Assembly (NCBI GenBank): GCA_946804195.1
Contig: CAMPEU010000017.1
Span: 3,533-67,532 of the forward strand
From: an uncultured Candidatus Saccharibacteria bacterium
Lineage (GTDB): Bacteria; Patescibacteriota; Saccharimonadia; Saccharimonadales; Saccharimonadaceae
Direction: 5' to 3'
Length of the DNA: 64,000 nucleotides
Made by a program: the position numbers and the translations under genes. Shown here piece by piece: positions 1 through 8,426 of this stretch (within the stretch, counting starts at the first letter, position 1; each line of letters begins with the position of its first letter). A model generated the notes under the pieces. The model was not told the DNA's origin, did no database searches, and saw nothing but the letters and a program-made list of their open reading frames with translations.

Positions 1-2
1 AA

Positions 3-89
3 ACCAAGAGTCGCAAACGTGCAATCAACACAACCGCTGGCATCAGCGGCTCTATAGCAAAGAATATAAAACGAGCACTAGGAGTTTAG
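3..89 (+). CDS. rpmI: 50S ribosomal protein L35, C-terminal fragment (gene starts upstream of window)
   Basis: Frame 3 reads TKSRKRAINTTAGISGSIAKNIKRALGV-stop, which resembles the basic C-terminal tail of L35. It lies 3 nt upstream of rplT, as in the conserved rpmI-rplT arrangement. Confidence 0.6.
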   Translation, partial: TKSRKRAINTTAGISGSIAKNIKRALGV

Positions 90-92
90 GAC

Positions 93-440
93 ATGCGAGT
101 TAAAAGAGGCGTTGCCGCACGAGCAAAACACAAGAAGATATTAAAAGCCGCAAAAGGCATGCAGCATAATCGAACACGATCATTTCGTCTTGCGAAACAA
201 GCTGTTATTCGTGCTCTCCAGTACGCATATCGTGATCGACGTAACAAAAAGCGGGATCTACGTAGTCTATGGATTACTCGTATTAATGCCGCAGCCCGTG
301 AAAACGGTACAACATACGGAAAATTGATAGCTGATTTAAAAACCAATAATGTTGAACTCGATCGAAAGATCTTGGCCGAATTAACGGTGAGTGAACCAGC
401 GACATTTAGTACAATAGTCAAAAGCGTTACAAAAGCTTAA
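93..440 (+). CDS. rplT: 50S ribosomal protein L20
   Basis: 115 aa starting [22 protein letters not shown]...[26 protein letters not shown], a typical L20 sequence. Confidence 0.95.
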   Translation: MRVKRGVAARAKHKKILKAAKGMQHNRTRSFRLAKQAVIRALQYAYRDRRNKKRDLRSLWITRINAAARENGTTYGKLIADLKTNNVELDRKILAELTVSEPATFSTIVKSVTKA

Positions 441-462
441 AACGTTATCGTACTCATATAAA

Positions 463-487
463 ATAACCCTCGTACGAGGGTTATTTT
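463..487 (+). terminator. Rho-independent terminator after rplT
   Basis: Hairpin ataaccctc-gtac-gagggttat followed by tttt. Confidence 0.6.
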
Positions 488-490
488 AGT

Positions 491-817
491 GGCAGACCAT
501 CGATAAGCCGGGTTCTGTCGTGAGCGACCATCTATCTAGTCTCGAAATTGCTCTCGAGATCAAGCGGTTATCGACCTACGGGCGGACAGCCCTTATGTAG
601 ATCTCCTTGCAGCAGACAGGGTTTACCTTCTTCGCCTGTCACCAGGCGCCGCTGTGGGCTCTTACCCCACTCGTTTCACCTTTTCCTCTTGCGAGGTAGT
701 TTCGTTTCTGTGGCACTTTCCCTAGGGTTACCCCCGGTTGCCGTTAGCAACTGTCATGTCCTATGCTGCCCGGACTTTCCTCTCTGATAAATCAAAGCGA
801 TCGCCTAACGGACTGCC
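491..817 (-). ncRNA. rnpB: RNase P RNA, bacterial type A
   Basis: The minus strand contains GAGAGGAAAGTCCGGGCAGCATAGGAC (universal P4/CR-I motif) and ends ...ACGACAGAACCCGGCTTATCGATGGTCTGCC. The 5' GGCAGTCC pairs with the 3' GGTCTGCC to form P1. ORF 548..787 is therefore spurious. Ends are +/- a few nt. Confidence 0.85.
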
Positions 818-832
818 GTACACATTATAACA

Positions 833-1711
833 CTAGCCAGCGTCTTTGCCGTGCTGATCAAGGGTACGATTGACCTCGCCATCAGCCAATTGATTCATAT
901 CACGCGGAACATGATGATAAGTAACGCTATCAAAATGTGACATCAAATCACGAATACGCTCGTTAATGGGCCAGAGGTCACGATTTTTAATAGTATAGAT
1001 ACCATTCATCTGATTAACAACAAGCATACTGTCCAAGCGAAAATCAACATTCTTGAGCCCCAACTCAAGCGCCTTCTCTAACCCAATACGAACCCCATGA
1101 TACTCGGCCTGATTATTAGTTGTTATGCCCAGATACTCACCACCCTTCGCAATGACGCTTTGATCCTTACCCATAACAACAAAGCCCGATGCAGACGGGC
1201 CAGGATTACCTCTGGAGCCACCATCTGCATAAATAACTGCGTCAACATTTTGCGTATTCATCACGTCCGACTCGTCCGCTTTTCTCATACTACTACCGGT
1301 CAGTTCTTCCTGCTGAATAATTCCAAGTAACAACTGCGTCAAATCAGTAATAGTATTCGGTTGAATACTAGAAGAAGATTCCCATATATATTCACTATAA
1401 TTCTCACTAAGGTGTAGGTCATGATGACCACTCGCAACAGTGGCCTGAAAAGTTATGACCGCATATTGAATATCTCGATCATCATGATCAATATACGTAA
1501 CAACATCAAATAACGATGACTTATCCAGATGTAATCCGACATCATCATGAAGATAGCGTCTTAGTGCATCTTCGGGTTGTTCCCCATAATTAATACGCCC
1601 ACCCGGTAATTCATAAAGTCCCAAAATAGACTCTCGTCCCGTTGCCCTCTTAAGTAACAGGGCTTTTTCATCCTGCGTAATAATTGCTCTAACTGATATA
1701 CGTTGATTCAT
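833..1711 (-). CDS. Fusion protein: N-terminal Nudix-fold domain plus C-terminal RNase HI domain
   Basis: N-terminus carries a Nudix-like box, GRINYGEQPEDALRRYLHDDVGL. C-terminus carries the RNase H DEDD residues in YADGGSRGNPGPSA, NNQAEYHG, RLDSMLVVNQ and NQLADGEVN. Confidence 0.8.
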   Translation of the reverse strand: MNQRISVRAIITQDEKALLLKRATGRESILGLYELPGGRINYGEQPEDALRRYLHDDVGLHLDKSSLFDVVTYIDHDDRDIQYAVITFQATVASGHHDLHLSENYSEYIWESSSSIQPNTITDLTQLLLGIIQQEELTGSSMRKADESDVMNTQNVDAVIYADGGSRGNPGPSASGFVVMGKDQSVIAKGGEYLGITTNNQAEYHGVRIGLEKALELGLKNVDFRLDSMLVVNQMNGIYTIKNRDLWPINERIRDLMSHFDSVTYHHVPRDMNQLADGEVNRTLDQHGKDAG

Positions 1712-1720
1712 ACAGTTTAA

Positions 1721-1797
1721 TGGTCGGGATGACTGGACTTGAACCAGCGACCTCGCGGCCCCCAGCCGCGCGCGCTACCAGACTGCGCCACATCCCG
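1721..1797 (-). tRNA. tRNA-Pro (anticodon GGG), CCA encoded
   Basis: Hand-folded cloverleaf: acceptor CGGGATG/CATCCCG, anticodon arm CGCGG-CTGGGGG-CCGCG, T arm GCTGG-TTCAAGT-CCAGT. Confidence 0.9.
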
Positions 1798-1955
1798 ATA
1801 TGCCCGGACTAACCGTGACGCTTGATATTCCCCGTGTATAGACAGGTGGGTATCCTCAGATCACTTCCACGGAAGTAACCGCTCAGACTCCCTATTGTAT
1901 GATATTAGGAAAATCATACTTGTCACGGCAAACCGGACATCTTTATTATAACGCA

Positions 1956-2624
1956 CTAGGTAATAAATATAGCGCCAAAGACCTGCAAGATCCAATTGAT
2001 TGCTCGAATCATAAATGTACCAATTATAGAGCTCGCGAAGAAGACGATTGCGAATACAACAATCAAGCCATATTGTTCCATAAGCTCCATAGCCCGACGA
2101 ACCAAATCAGGGGCAAACGCGTATAACACACGCGAACCGTCCAGGGGCGGCAATGGAATCATATTAAAAACAAAAAAACCAAGATTAACAATAACACCGT
2201 ACGTTACGATAAGTTCGACGACACTATTCACCGATCCCGAGAAAAGCGCACCAGCAAAATCATGCCCCAGTAAGGTTGCAACGCCAAAAACAACAAATGC
2301 GATAACGAGATTGGTCAACGGACCAGCGATAGCAACCAAAGCTGCGCCCCATTCGTCATGTCTCACCCGTGCGGGATTAAATGGTACCGGCTTGGCACCT
2401 CCAAAAATAGGAGCTCCAGGAATAAAAAAGAGCATAATTGGTAAGATTATCGTGAGGAATGGATCTATGTGTTTTATAGGATTTAAAGTAAGTCGTCCCT
2501 GTAATTTTGCCGTATCATCACCGAGCCAATATGCAACAAATCCGTGCATTACCTCATGTAGCGTCATAGACACCAGGATAACCCCGATGATAACCGCGAT
2601 GTTGATCAGCAACCCCTCTACCAT
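1956..2624 (-). CDS. Site-2 protease family (peptidase M50) membrane metalloprotease
   Basis: HEVMH zinc motif in the first TM segment and an NMIPLPPLDG second motif; polytopic hydrophobic profile. Confidence 0.75.
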   Translation of the reverse strand: MVEGLLINIAVIIGVILVSMTLHEVMHGFVAYWLGDDTAKLQGRLTLNPIKHIDPFLTIILPIMLFFIPGAPIFGGAKPVPFNPARVRHDEWGAALVAIAGPLTNLVIAFVVFGVATLLGHDFAGALFSGSVNSVVELIVTYGVIVNLGFFVFNMIPLPPLDGSRVLYAFAPDLVRRAMELMEQYGLIVVFAIVFFASSIIGTFMIRAINWILQVFGAIFIT

Positions 2625-2720
2625 ACGACTATTATATCATTCAACGCCATCAGTTAAATCATTGACAAATAGTTGAAAAAAGCGTACACTGGTACAGATT
2701 ACAAGGAGTTAAGGAGAATT

Positions 2721-2924
2721 ATGACATCAAAATGCGACCTAACCGGTAAAGGAATACAGTTCGGACACAATGTGAGCTTTTCTTTGCGTCGCACAAAACG
2801 AGTCTTTAAACCAAACCTCCAAAAGAAAACATTCGTTGTTAATGGCCAAAAGGTAACAATGACTCTTAGCACACAGGCTATTCGTACTCTTAAGAAAAAG
2901 GGTGTCCTTGCTCCGGCAAAATAA
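2721..2924 (+). CDS. rpmB: 50S ribosomal protein L28
   Basis: MTSKCDLTGKGIQFGHNVSFSLRRTKRVFKPNLQKK... with an AAGGAG RBS at 2711-2716. The ORF-track start at 2673 is probably too far upstream. Confidence 0.9.
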   Translation: MTSKCDLTGKGIQFGHNVSFSLRRTKRVFKPNLQKKTFVVNGQKVTMTLSTQAIRTLKKKGVLAPAK

Positions 2925-2942
2925 ACAATCTCTCATATAACA

Positions 2943-2973
2943 AAATACCCCTGTCGATCAGGGGTATTTTAGT
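2943..2973. terminator. Bidirectional hairpin terminator between convergent rpmB and 2989..3627
   Basis: aaatacccc-tgtcgatca-ggggtattt, flanked by an A-run and a T-run. Confidence 0.6.
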
Positions 2974-2988
2974 TGCGAGGACTCTTTA

Positions 2989-3627
2989 TTAGCTTCTTTC
3001 TATCTTTACCACGGTAAGAACCTGAGGAATTGAAGAAGACGCCTTTACCTTATATTTAGGTCCGACTTCTTCTACGGTTGCTGCGATCTCCTTTTCGAAT
3101 AAATCTACGTTGTCTTGAGGTACTTCGTAATTCAAGGTGTTGTCGGCATAATGCACGGGAATAACAACATGTGGATCAATCTGTCGTGTAATCGTAGCTG
3201 CGCTCACTGCATCGAGCGTATAGCCGTTACCTCCGACGGGAATAACAAGCAAATCGACAACACCCAGACTCTCCAGCTGATCCTCGCTGAGTTTAGGTGC
3301 AATATTACCAATAACTGCGATCCGCACGTCACCCACCTCGACTCTATACATCGTACAAATAGGTTCATCACTGCTAGTATCAAGATGCCTCGTAGCGCGA
3401 ATAGCACGAACGGACACCTCGGCTATCTCGTATTCACCCGGTCCTTCAATCTGTAAAACAGCGCTTGAATCAACTACAGCAAATCGCGCCTCTGTCGCGA
3501 TGCTAACACCATTCTTAACCGACACATCCTTTAATCCAACTACGGAAAGTTTTGGATCAAAGATGAAATTCATCTTCTTTGTGCTAATCGTTATACAATT
3601 AGCCCCTTTATATTCAATATCAAACAT
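2989..3627 (-). CDS. MBL-fold (beta-lactamase-fold) hydrolase-like protein, apparently lacking the HxHxDH motif
   Basis: C-terminal LLVIPVGGNGYTLDAVSAATITRQIDPHVVIPVHY resembles UPF0173/Lactamase_B_3 proteins. The N-terminus (MFDIEYKGANCITIS) has no histidine cluster. Confidence 0.5.
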   Translation of the reverse strand: MFDIEYKGANCITISTKKMNFIFDPKLSVVGLKDVSVKNGVSIATEARFAVVDSSAVLQIEGPGEYEIAEVSVRAIRATRHLDTSSDEPICTMYRVEVGDVRIAVIGNIAPKLSEDQLESLGVVDLLVIPVGGNGYTLDAVSAATITRQIDPHVVIPVHYADNTLNYEVPQDNVDLFEKEIAATVEEVGPKYKVKASSSIPQVLTVVKIERS

Positions 3628-3630
3628 GGT

Positions 3631-4266
3631 CTATCCTTTCAGCACGTTATCCGTGTCCACAACTACAACGTGAACACTACTCAATATCTCTGTAATAAAT
3701 CTATCATGAATACTAAATCGATAATAGAACTCATCATATGGCATTATACTGTAGTTCAAATTTTTACCCTGCTTTTTCTCGACAAGAGCAATGGATTTCT
3801 TTAATCTGGATGAAACCGTATCTGCGACAATTAATAAATCAACCCCTGTTTTTGATCCATGAACTAGCGATCCAGATGCGATTGCTATTCTAATGCCGGG
3901 AAGTTCCTTTAGGATAGATTTCCAGCTTAGCCCATCCGACGGCTCGGCCACATCTATAACTGCCGAACTTGCCTTAGCTAAAGATTGTTGACCCTGGTCA
4001 GAGATAAACTTCTTGTCTGAAAAAATTGCTCTTAGTGCGCCCAGGTGTTCATAGTCATGATTAACCCCGTAATACAACTTGTTATCCGATGTATCGCTTG
4101 TAATGATGCCAATCGACAGCATATTCGAAAGTTCGCGTCTTACTGAATTAATCTGCTCATCTACAATTCGCGTAATTTCACGGACATAAAACGACTTATC
4201 TGTATTATTTAAAAACAGATGTAACAGTTTTACTCTTGTTTTTGAACCAAATAGTGCGTCAATCAT
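3631..4266 (-). CDS. Winged-helix (ArsR-like) transcriptional regulator with extra C-terminal domain
   Basis: FGSKTRVKLLHLFLNN..FYVREITRIVDEQINSVRRELSNMLSIGII is a wHTH pattern. ATG at 4266 has a GGGAG RBS; the alternative GTG start is at 4293. Confidence 0.55.
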   Translation of the reverse strand: MIDALFGSKTRVKLLHLFLNNTDKSFYVREITRIVDEQINSVRRELSNMLSIGIITSDTSDNKLYYGVNHDYEHLGALRAIFSDKKFISDQGQQSLAKASSAVIDVAEPSDGLSWKSILKELPGIRIAIASGSLVHGSKTGVDLLIVADTVSSRLKKSIALVEKKQGKNLNYSIMPYDEFYYRFSIHDRFITEILSSVHVVVVDTDNVLKG

Positions 4267-4307
4267 TAATACTCCCGTACAACTCTCTTGCACTCAATAT
4301 ACCATGA

Positions 4308-5177
4308 TTAGTGTTCAGATTCGAGTAGTCTAGTGATGTACCGTTCTGCGTCCTTCACGTTATACCATTTTATGTGTTCATTTCGACGCAACCACGTAAG
4401 CTGGCGCTTGGCCAAGCGCCAATCCAGCACAATAAATCGCTGCTTCATTTCGGAAAAAGTCAGAGTCCCTTGAATGTACTGCCGACAAAGCGGGTAGATA
4501 TTGCCGGTCATTGACTCATAATCCCAACCGTATACATCACTCAATCTCGTTGCCTCATCTACGACTCCTTCATCAAATATCTGCTCTGCTCGTTGTGCAA
4601 TACGACTCTTTAATATGTTAATTTCCGTTGATATTCCTACAATGTTGCAATTATTAATAGGGGTCTTTCTCCTCTTATTGTTTATACTTCCTTGCTCAAT
4701 TGCCCTTACTACGTACCTTTTATTTTTATAGTTTTCAGGTAGCACAACGTTGTGTTTTATACAGTAATCATATAGTTGATCCAAGGTCATCTCCATGAGT
4801 TTACTGCGTGTGTCACCGTCAGTGTCTGAACCAAATTGATAATCAAAAATGACTGAGTCTACATATAGCCCGCTACCACCGACTAGCAATGGTACCTTGC
4901 CTCGCATTCTAATATCAGCGATCCTTTCGTCAGCATATTTCTTGAAATCAGCTGCCGTAAATCTTTCGTTCGGCTCAACAAGATCAAGCCCCCAATGCCT
5001 CACCTCAGATTGCTCCGCTTTAGTTGGTTTTGCCGTCCCAATATCCATACCCTTATACACGGTCCTGCTATCAGCACAGATTATTTCACCATCAAATCGT
5101 TTTGCGACATTAATAGCCAAAGCTGTTTTTCCACTGGCGGTCGGACCAACAATAGCGATTAAAGGTTTGGTTTCCAT
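4308..5177 (-). CDS. miaA: tRNA dimethylallyltransferase
   Basis: P-loop IAIVGPTASGKTALAI followed by ADSRTVYKGMDIGTAKPT, the MiaA signature. Confidence 0.9.
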   Translation of the reverse strand: METKPLIAIVGPTASGKTALAINVAKRFDGEIICADSRTVYKGMDIGTAKPTKAEQSEVRHWGLDLVEPNERFTAADFKKYADERIADIRMRGKVPLLVGGSGLYVDSVIFDYQFGSDTDGDTRSKLMEMTLDQLYDYCIKHNVVLPENYKNKRYVVRAIEQGSINNKRRKTPINNCNIVGISTEINILKSRIAQRAEQIFDEGVVDEATRLSDVYGWDYESMTGNIYPLCRQYIQGTLTFSEMKQRFIVLDWRLAKRQLTWLRRNEHIKWYNVKDAERYITRLLESEH

Positions 5178-5470
5178 CTAATCTCCTCGAAATTATCAAC
5201 GATATGATTTGTAGATAAAATACCTTCTTGTTTAAGTATTTGCTCTTGCACTTCCCTGCCTCCGTGAAATCCACTCGCTAAGCCACCAAACCGATTAACC
5301 AACCTATGCCATGGAAGCCTTTGATCTCCATAATGTGCAATTCCTCCAATGATACGACTAGCACGCGGTTGTCCAGCAAGTGCGGCTAGATCGCCATAGG
5401 TCGTCACCGACCCCGCTGGTACGCGTACAATTAGCTCTTCAACTCTAGTTTTTAATGATACTTGCCGCAA
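5159..5470 (-). CDS. Alkyltransferase-like (ATL) protein, MGMT DNA-binding domain without the catalytic Cys
   Basis: VPAGSVTTYGDLA...RLPWHRLVN. The PCHR active site of Ogt/Ada is PWHR here, as in ATL proteins. Confidence 0.7.
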   Translation of the reverse strand: MRQVSLKTRVEELIVRVPAGSVTTYGDLAALAGQPRASRIIGGIAHYGDQRLPWHRLVNRFGGLASGFHGGREVQEQILKQEGILSTNHIVDNFEEIRWKPNL

Positions 5471-6092
5471 TGCGAATAATCTCCTCTTTTGCAGTGGTCA
5501 TATCCGAACAGCGCACCATACCATATGGTAATTGTTCTCGTTGATTCCAAGGCAAATTATCAAATACGATAGCGTTAGGAACGCCACTGTCAATGACACT
5601 TGCGCAATGATCAATATGATCATCAATATGAACAATCGCACAGAGCCGACGACAAACTTCACCCTTGGACCTACTATCTTCTTTAAACATATTCGTATGA
5701 TGTATGTCCTGAAAACAATCTTTAAAATGCTCGTTTACTAACCACAGGGTATGACTCGCCATAATTTTTTCAGTCCTGCCGGTCACGATGTGTTGCTCAA
5801 AATTGATCTCGCAATAACTTGCGAGGCTACGGACGACATCGATAGACCCCGGCGACAAGGGTAAATCTCGAACCTCATGTCCACGATCTTCAAAGATTGG
5901 TGCTATCCTCCTATTAATTTCACCCCAATCATCTCCCTCAACACCCCAATCAATAGGTGTACCGTAAAATTTTGCAGGATCGACATCAAATCCAAAACGT
6001 CGTTGATAGTGATCAATTAACCATGATGCTGTGCCGTCGACAATAACATCGTCAAGATCCCATGTAACAACAACTTTCGGCTTTTCGCTCAC
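5445..6092 (-). CDS. HAD-superfamily hydrolase (5'-nucleotidase-like)
   Basis: N-terminal DLDDV motif I (DxDxV) in VVVTWDLDDVIVDG; size and layout resemble NT5C-type nucleotidases. Confidence 0.5.
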   Translation of the reverse strand: MSEKPKVVVTWDLDDVIVDGTASWLIDHYQRRFGFDVDPAKFYGTPIDWGVEGDDWGEINRRIAPIFEDRGHEVRDLPLSPGSIDVVRSLASYCEINFEQHIVTGRTEKIMASHTLWLVNEHFKDCFQDIHHTNMFKEDSRSKGEVCRRLCAIVHIDDHIDHCASVIDSGVPNAIVFDNLPWNQREQLPYGMVRCSDMTTAKEEIIRIAASIIKN

Positions 6093-7915
6093 TATAAACC
6101 TTTTAGATACTCACCTAATTGATCAAGCGCCACTTTTTCTTCACCGGATTGAGTTCGTACGCTTACTTCTCGAGCATCTTTATCTCGAGGACCAACAATC
6201 AACTGTACGGATACCTTCATCGCCGTTGCCTCTTTAATCTTTTTACCCAAAGATTCATTGCGAGCATCCCTAGTAAACCGAATTTCATTATACTTTACAG
6301 GTTTCATCAATACCGTATCCGTAAGCACCTTCTCGATCTCCTCGACATAATCGATAACCGAATCATTAATCGTCAGAATCCTCACCTGTTCAGGAGCTAG
6401 CCAGAACGGGAACCAGCCACCGGTTTGTTCAATCAAAATTCCCATAAAACGCTCGAACGCACCCATAATAGATTTATGAATAACGACAGGGAACTGTTTA
6501 TTACCTTCTGCATCCACGTAGGTAATATTCATTCTTTCCGGAACGAGAATGTCAATCTGTACGGTTGCAATTGTATCTTCCTTACCGTGCACATTCTTGA
6601 TCTGTACATCTAGTTTTGGACCATAAAATGCAGCTTCATCTTCGACGGCAACGAAAGGTTCACCGGATTGTTCTAAACAGCCACGAATAACTCCTGAGGC
6701 TTCCTTCCATTTTTCGGGATCTCCAGAATACTTTTTTCCTTCACCAAAGTCAGGCAACGACAGTCGGTACCAGTAATCTTTAACCCCGCATATTTTATAA
6801 ATATCCTTAAAGAATTCCAATAAATTGCTAAACTCTCGTTCTACCTGATCTTGTGCCATATACATATGTGAATCATTCTGAGTGATTGGACCACGCATAC
6901 GTATCAAGCCCGTTAATGTACCCGAAAGCTCATAGCGATAAAGCCCGGCATGCTCGGAAAGGCGTAATGGTAAATCCTTATAAGACGGTTGCATCCGTTC
7001 AAACACCATGTGATGGTGCGGACAGTTCATCGGTTTAATATAGAACTTGTTGCCCTCTTCATCCGGTGCGGTCGCATACATATCTTCCAGGAAATACTTC
7101 GCATGACCTGATCGTATATATAACTCCTCTTGCGTCAGTACAGGGGTGGCGACATATGTGTAGCCTCGAGATTCTTCTTGTTGTCGCATTAGTGTCATTA
7201 ATGTATGCTTTATCTTTTCGCCACGCGGTAACAATAGCGGCAACCCCTTACCCACACTTTCTGAGATAAAGAATAGATCCAAATCCTGACCGAGCTTTCG
7301 ATGATCGCGACTTTTAGCTAACTCAACCTGTTCAAGATGCCTGTCAAGTTCATCATTATTTGCAAAAGCAACACCATATAGCCTCTGCATTTGTGGATTC
7401 TTCTCATTACCACGCCAATACGCACCTGCAACCCTACTCAACTTGAATACACCTACATCATGAGTATTAGCCACGTGTGGACCACGGCAAAGATCAGTAA
7501 AATCTCCATTTTTATAAAATGAGACATCGCTCATAGCGGCATCACCATCGGTGATTGTACCCATTTCATCCGCCGCGAGATCCTTCGCAACAGTAGTCCC
7601 GCTACGCTTCAAGTCATTCAATAACTCCTCCTTGTACGGCTGACGGCTATCACGCGCCCATGCAATCGCTTCGTCAATCGGTAGCGTGAAATGCTCAAAA
7701 TCTTGGTGTTCATCAATAATCTTTTTCATTTCATTTTCGATTTTTTCGAAATCTACCTCTGAAATTTTTGTCTCACCCAGATCAATATCGTAATAAAATC
7801 CGTTCTCTACCACTGGTCCAACACCAAATTTTGCATCCGACCACAAGCGCCTAACGGCAGCCGCAGTAATATGCGCCAAGCTATGTCTCATTGCGTGTAA
7901 TTGATTATCGTCCAT
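6092..7915 (-). CDS. thrS: Threonine--tRNA ligase (no N-terminal TGS domain)
   Basis: HAMRHSLAHITAAAV (HxxxH editing/SAD motif), RGPHV, class II core and a C-terminal anticodon-binding domain; 607 aa. Confidence 0.95.
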   Translation of the reverse strand: MDDNQLHAMRHSLAHITAAAVRRLWSDAKFGVGPVVENGFYYDIDLGETKISEVDFEKIENEMKKIIDEHQDFEHFTLPIDEAIAWARDSRQPYKEELLNDLKRSGTTVAKDLAADEMGTITDGDAAMSDVSFYKNGDFTDLCRGPHVANTHDVGVFKLSRVAGAYWRGNEKNPQMQRLYGVAFANNDELDRHLEQVELAKSRDHRKLGQDLDLFFISESVGKGLPLLLPRGEKIKHTLMTLMRQQEESRGYTYVATPVLTQEELYIRSGHAKYFLEDMYATAPDEEGNKFYIKPMNCPHHHMVFERMQPSYKDLPLRLSEHAGLYRYELSGTLTGLIRMRGPITQNDSHMYMAQDQVEREFSNLLEFFKDIYKICGVKDYWYRLSLPDFGEGKKYSGDPEKWKEASGVIRGCLEQSGEPFVAVEDEAAFYGPKLDVQIKNVHGKEDTIATVQIDILVPERMNITYVDAEGNKQFPVVIHKSIMGAFERFMGILIEQTGGWFPFWLAPEQVRILTINDSVIDYVEEIEKVLTDTVLMKPVKYNEIRFTRDARNESLGKKIKEATAMKVSVQLIVGPRDKDAREVSVRTQSGEEKVALDQLGEYLKGL

Positions 7916-8113
7916 ATCTACCTCTGTTATTAAATAATAAAAAACATGCGATTCATAGATTCATCCAATAAATCCATACATCGCATGTCTCGGACCCCAA
8001 TTTATCAGGGCGGTTCCACCGGACTTCCTCGATATGAGGCGCTTGTGAGGCAACGTTTCGCACATTACCACTTCCCACGAAGCTCGGCGGGCGGTTACTC
8101 CGCGTCATTGCTT
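7916..8113 (-). promoter_or_regulatory. Candidate T-box riboswitch leader of thrS
   Basis: Minus strand: TTGCAA-N18-TATTAT promoter (8149..8120); AGTA and GAA elements; candidate Thr codons ACG (8056..8054) and ACA (8046..8044); T-box-like core GGTGGAACCGCC (8020..8009). Terminator hairpin ACATGCGAT...ATCGCATGT (7988..7944) plus a T-run has a left arm that can instead pair with CATATCG upstream of the core. Confidence 0.55.
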
Positions 8114-8183
8114 ATTCATATAATACCCCATCCACCCCAGTTATTGCAACACCGGGATTCATCTGGTAAGATAATGGGGCTAT

Positions 8184-8260
8184 GGGCGATTAGCTCAGCT
8201 GGCTAGAGCGCCTCATTGACGTTGAGGAGGTCGGGGATTCGAATTCCTCATCGCCCACCA
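8184..8260 (+). tRNA. tRNA-Val (anticodon GAC), CCA encoded
   Basis: Acceptor GGGCGAT/ATCGCCC, D arm GCTC-AGCTGGCTA-GAGC, anticodon arm CCTCA-TTGACGT-TGAGG, T arm GGGGA-TTCGAAT-TCCTC. Confidence 0.9.
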
Positions 8261-8273
8261 TATAGAAGTAAAC

Positions 8274-8300
8274 GGATCACCTACGGTGGTCTGTTTGTTT
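8274..8300 (+). terminator. Hairpin plus T-rich tract after tRNA-Val
   Basis: ggatcacc-tac-ggtggtct followed by gtttgtttt. Confidence 0.5.
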
Positions 8301-8391
8301 TCCCCTGATCTTCTCTTTTTTCCACATAAATTATCTGCTCAATCTATCAATAAATCCCACCCGGTGATATATCGTACGCCCACCTGTTCCA

Positions 8392-8420
8392 TTGACAAAT
8401 TATACTACTTATGCTAATAT
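8392..8420 (+). promoter_or_regulatory. Sigma-70-type promoter TTGACA-N17-TAATAT
   Basis: Near-consensus hexamers with 17-nt spacing. An ATG follows 6 nt after the -10 box. Confidence 0.6.
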
Positions 8421-8426
8421 GAACAC

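Noticed and set aside
548-787. 79-aa plus-strand ORF.
   Set aside because: It lies entirely inside the minus-strand RNase P RNA. It has Arg/Pro/Cys-rich junk composition and no start context.
1800-1940. Possible structured small RNA (SRP/4.5S-like) between the M50 protease gene and tRNA-Pro. Evidence is a central hairpin ACTTCC-AC-GGAAGT, a GGAAGTAACC string reminiscent of the SRP GGAAGCAGCC, and distal pairing CCGTGAC/GTCACGG.
   Set aside because: The arms between the apical hairpin and the distal pairing do not form a continuous helix. The apical loop is not GNRA, and the conserved 5' CAGG-type strand is missing. It is more likely terminator and promoter space. A cmsearch with RF00169 would settle it.
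1996-2676. 226-aa plus-strand ORF. Similar long antisense ORFs occur at 34954..35487, 46792..47523, 63009..63584, 39698..40291, 28323..28733, 55749..56159, 56332..56739 and 57380..57787.
   Set aside because: Each is the mirror frame of a confidently recognised gene on the other strand (M50 protease, pilO-like, CE4 deacetylase, pnp, TPR protein, minor pilin, ftsK, rnj). Their compositions are Ser/Thr/Arg/Ile-rich and atypical of real proteins.
7946-8206. 86-aa plus-strand ORF upstream of thrS.
   Set aside because: It is antisense to the thrS leader (T-box candidate) and runs into tRNA-Val, so it is not coding.
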